A DNA stretch of 47,792 nt from Nitrospirota bacterium (GTDB lineage: Bacteria; JACPQY01): positions 62,001 to 109,792 of the forward strand of contig JACPAV010000021.1 of assembly GCA_016180645.1 (NCBI GenBank), in the 5' to 3' direction. The notes below the pieces were generated by a model. It was not told the origin of the DNA. It did not search any database and saw only the letters and a list, made by a program, of their open reading frames with translations. Position 1 is the first letter of the stretch. Every line of letters begins with the position of its first letter. Below, piece after piece: positions 45,398 to 47,792 of this stretch. The translations under genes and the position numbers were made by a program.

Positions 45398-46339
45398 CTA
45401 CCGTTGGGGAAGACGGCCTGTCTGTATAGCGTTCCCGATGGACGACTGAAGCAGGAGGGCGTACCTGTAGCCGAAGACAGAGGCCGTGAGGAATTCGGCT
45501 GCATTGTCTTGGGTGAGCGGTGTCCTGAGATGTCCGTCGTGTGCGATTTCATTTCTCAGTGTTCGCAGCCTGTTCAGGAGACTGAGGATCGAATCTTGCA
45601 GCCGCGGAGCTCCAGTAATATGGCAGATCATGGGTACGAGAACGTTCAATTGATGGTACAGAGTTGCTCCATGATCGAGAAATTCTTTTGCCTTTTCGAC
45701 GGAGCAAAACGCACGGATGGCGCTAAGGACCGGCGGCCCCAATGCCGATTCGAAAGCGACATGTGCGGGCAAGACAACTTCATCATGTTTGTGGGCCGAG
45801 TATTTCCTTGCCGCCTCCATCAGGTGTGAGGGCGGAATTGCAGCCGTTCCGGCGGGCAACCAGAAAACGAAAAATTGGACCTCGCTTGACGCCGGAACAG
45901 CATGGTTCGCAATCGACGATCCGTAGATCCAAATCTTCGGTGGAATCGAGGTAACCGGCAAAACATTGCTATGCAGGAAGAGTGGTCGCAAGGGAGGGTG
46001 CTCCGGCTCCGACGCTATGGGCGTCATGTACAAACTAAGAATGGTCGCGTCTGGGGGAATTCCCCACGTACTGAAATCGATTTCAATTGCCGCTTCGCGT
46101 TGGATGGTCGCCTTACGCCGAGTTTGCGAAGCTCCGATAGCCGCATAGCCGCCACCCAGATTAGGCATCATCTGCGCGAAGTCCTTGATGACCTGCCAAA
46201 GATCGACCGGATTTGAACAACGTAAACAAGGTACCGGTCCTGACCGAAAGAATTGGTCGAAGGTGTCTTGTTCCACCTCCAACACCGTATGGCAGTGGGG
46301 ACAAACGCAGGACGGGCCGACGGTTAGTGGATTGTCCAG
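45398..46339 (-). CDS. Zn-ribbon + C-terminal HEPN (RxxxxH) protein, probable CTG start
   Basis: In-frame extension upstream of GTG 46285 adds CPHC, which pairs with CLRC. C-terminal A..AFE..L and RNEIAH. GAGGA lies 7 nt before CTG 46339. Confidence 0.7.
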   Translation of the reverse strand: MDNPLTVGPSCVCPHCHTVLEVEQDTFDQFFRSGPVPCLRCSNPVDLWQVIKDFAQMMPNLGGGYAAIGASQTRRKATIQREAAIEIDFSTWGIPPDATILSLYMTPIASEPEHPPLRPLFLHSNVLPVTSIPPKIWIYGSSIANHAVPASSEVQFFVFWLPAGTAAIPPSHLMEAARKYSAHKHDEVVLPAHVAFESALGPPVLSAIRAFCSVEKAKEFLDHGATLYHQLNVLVPMICHITGAPRLQDSILSLLNRLRTLRNEIAHDGHLRTPLTQDNAAEFLTASVFGYRYALLLQSSIGNAIQTGRLPQR

Positions 46340-46455
46340 TCTGAAATCCTCATGGTCTGGGAGCTTAGGGGTGTGCCATTTCTGAACTGGGTGGGGAAAA
46401 GCTTACATACTGTTTGGGTCTCGCCCACGAAGCCATGAGAACCGGGCGGGGCTGA

Positions 46456-46851
46456 TCACGCCACTTCGATGATGTCCGGGTCGCGCATGTCGTGGCCGAC
46501 GGAGACTCGCGTCTTGCCGTTCCGATTCTTGATCGTGATGTCCCAGCCTTGCATCGTGTCCGCCCCGATGACCATTTCTCTCTTGAGGTCGGGGGATACG
46601 AGGACGCGATCGTTGATGCGCCTCCGCCCGATCGTCATGATGAGGCCCGTCTCACCGACAATACGCACGCCTCCTGTCTTGGATGCGGTGCCCAAGGTCT
46701 TGATGAGGGGAAAGCGGATGACGGTTCTGGCCGAAGGAACGCAATCGGATCGAATGATGGAATAATGCGAGCCGGTGTCGAACAGGGCGGGGATGGTCTT
46801 TTTCTTCTTGTCCCCCGAGATCACGGTGATGGTCAGAACAGGTTTTCCCAC
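46456..46851 (-). CDS. Retropepsin-like (clan AA) aspartyl protease
   Basis: ALFDTGS, VIGADTMQ. GTG 46851 preferred because ATG 46860 lies inside TATAAT. Confidence 0.88.
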   Translation of the reverse strand: MGKPVLTITVISGDKKKKTIPALFDTGSHYSIIRSDCVPSARTVIRFPLIKTLGTASKTGGVRIVGETGLIMTIGRRRINDRVLVSPDLKREMVIGADTMQGWDITIKNRNGKTRVSVGHDMRDPDIIEVA

Positions 46852-46882
46852 GACCGCCATTATACCACGGTCACGGAACCGG

Positions 46883-47065
46883 TCAGAGTTCGGGCGGGAT
46901 GCCGCTTTTTATGAGAACATCCCGGATGAAGGAAATGAATCTCTCCGCCTCGGTGATCGCTTTCTCGGCGTCGGCCTTGTCGAAGAAACTCAAACGCTCG
47001 TAGTCGCTGTCTTCCCGCCCGTGCCGGAGCCCGTTGCGGATGTTCAGGACGGTTTCTTCGTCCAC
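46883..47065 (-). pseudogene. Internally deleted HEPN gene
   Basis: Only 60 aa. A short N-terminus is fused to the C-terminal REDSDY...AEKAITEAERFI segment. Overlaps the end of the MNT gene as in intact pairs. Confidence 0.7.
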
Positions 47066-47379
47066 AGAACTTTCTCGTCGCGCCGAAGGCCTTTCCAGAA
47101 GGGAGCCGAGCTCCCGTACATTTTATCGAACCGGTCGAGAGGCACGATTCGGGGCGAAATGCTCAGTTCGCGCTCCAACTCGAAATGGGTGACCAGCTCG
47201 AAGATGCGGTCCTTCATGTCGAGGCTCGCATCGGTGACCACCATGAGGACGTCGTAGTCGGAATCCGGTCTCCAGTCGTTTCTGGCCCGCGATCCGAAGA
47301 GGGCGACCCGGACGAGACGATCCTGCAAAGCTTCACGCAGCCTTTCAGTCAATTCGTTCCGTATGGGCGCCGGATCCAC
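47044..47379 (-). CDS. Minimal nucleotidyltransferase (MNT)
   Basis: LFGSRARND..PDSDYDVL. Confidence 0.9.
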   Translation of the reverse strand: MDPAPIRNELTERLREALQDRLVRVALFGSRARNDWRPDSDYDVLMVVTDASLDMKDRIFELVTHFELERELSISPRIVPLDRFDKMYGSSAPFWKGLRRDEKVLWTKKPS

Positions 47380-47436
47380 GAGTCCATGGTAGCAGAACGG
47401 TCGGAGCATCCCAAGGGAGGGCATGTGCGGGGAGGT

Positions 47437-47568
47437 TTAGAACCTATCCCAAAACGTATCGCGGACCCTGAAGGGCCCGCTACGGAGAGTTCGTCTTCCG
47501 CCTGTAGCGGAGCCTTTAGGCTCCTCGAATCCCGCTCCGGTTCCGTCGGGTTTTGGGATAGGCTCTAA
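47437..47568. mobile_element. MITE-like element with 19-bp terminal inverted repeats and an internal REP pair
   Basis: TTAGAACCTATCCCAAAAC ... GTTTTGGGATAGGCTCTAA (18/19). Inside: GCGGACCCTGAAGGGCCCGCTAC and GTAGCGGAGCCTTTAGGCTCC. Confidence 0.75.
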
Positions 47569-47792
47569 GCTCGACTTTTGCCATTTCTTGAAAGGTTTAT
47601 GTTTGGTCATTATGCGTAGGGGAGGGTCTTCAGACCCTCCCGACAAGGGGGAGCAACCAAGAGGGAGCACCTGAAGGTGCTCCCCTACGAGGAGGCATTC
47701 TGTCAGAGGCTCTGAGATCGACTTTTGCCATTTTTTGAAAGGTTTATGTTGGTCATTATGCGTAGGGGAGGGTCTTCAGACCCTCCCGACAA
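47566..47792. repeat. Tandem ~150-nt composite REP units (copies D and E; E cut by window end)
   Basis: TCGACTTTTGCCATT..GAAAGGTTTATGTT(T)GGTCATTATGCGTAGGGGAGGGTCTTCAGACCCTCCCGACAA occurs twice. Confidence 0.9.

Noticed and set aside
46289-46303. Heme motif CPHCH
   Set aside because: No signal peptide, and a partner CLRC follows, which favours a zinc ribbon.
42233-47391. Integron cassette array
   Set aside because: The genes are co-oriented, but I found no RYYYAAC...GTTRRRY attC pattern between them and no integrase.
47566-47792. CRISPR array
   Set aside because: The repeats are long palindromic REP units without unique equal-length spacers, they are dispersed elsewhere in the window, and no cas genes are present.

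Overview
High-GC bacterial chromosome segment. PilZ/TIGR02266-like, FapA, HDOD, CheD and the Cys-rich lipoproteins suggest a deltaproteobacteria/Myxococcota/Bdellovibrionota-like lineage; this is inference only. About 1-41 kb is mostly housekeeping or envelope genes: acs, pdxA, apgM, tsaB, miaB, purB, cheD, ihfB-like, argJ, pepA, ppx/gppA, an amino-sugar/glycosyltransferase cluster, tRNA-Val(TAC) and a 1606-aa Cys-rich surface lipoprotein. About 41-47.8 kb is an accessory tract of small minus-strand genes: two HEPN/MNT pairs (one broken), two retropepsin-like proteases, a Zn-ribbon-HEPN protein and a probable AhpD-like selenoprotein (CxxU, split in two by the ORF track). The main observations are four. 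(1) Several families of REP-like, MITE-like and 7/8-mer palindromic repeats occur intergenically and also in frame inside conserved enzymes (four inserts in ppx, one beside the ArgJ autocleavage site). (2) About 14 genes have a -10-like hexamer 6-7 nt before the start codon and no properly spaced SD, which suggests pervasive leaderless transcripts. (3) Two genes probably start at CUG. (4) There are two candidate structured RNAs. No CRISPR array, integrase or transposase is visible. All family calls come from recognising motifs by eye; no searches were run.
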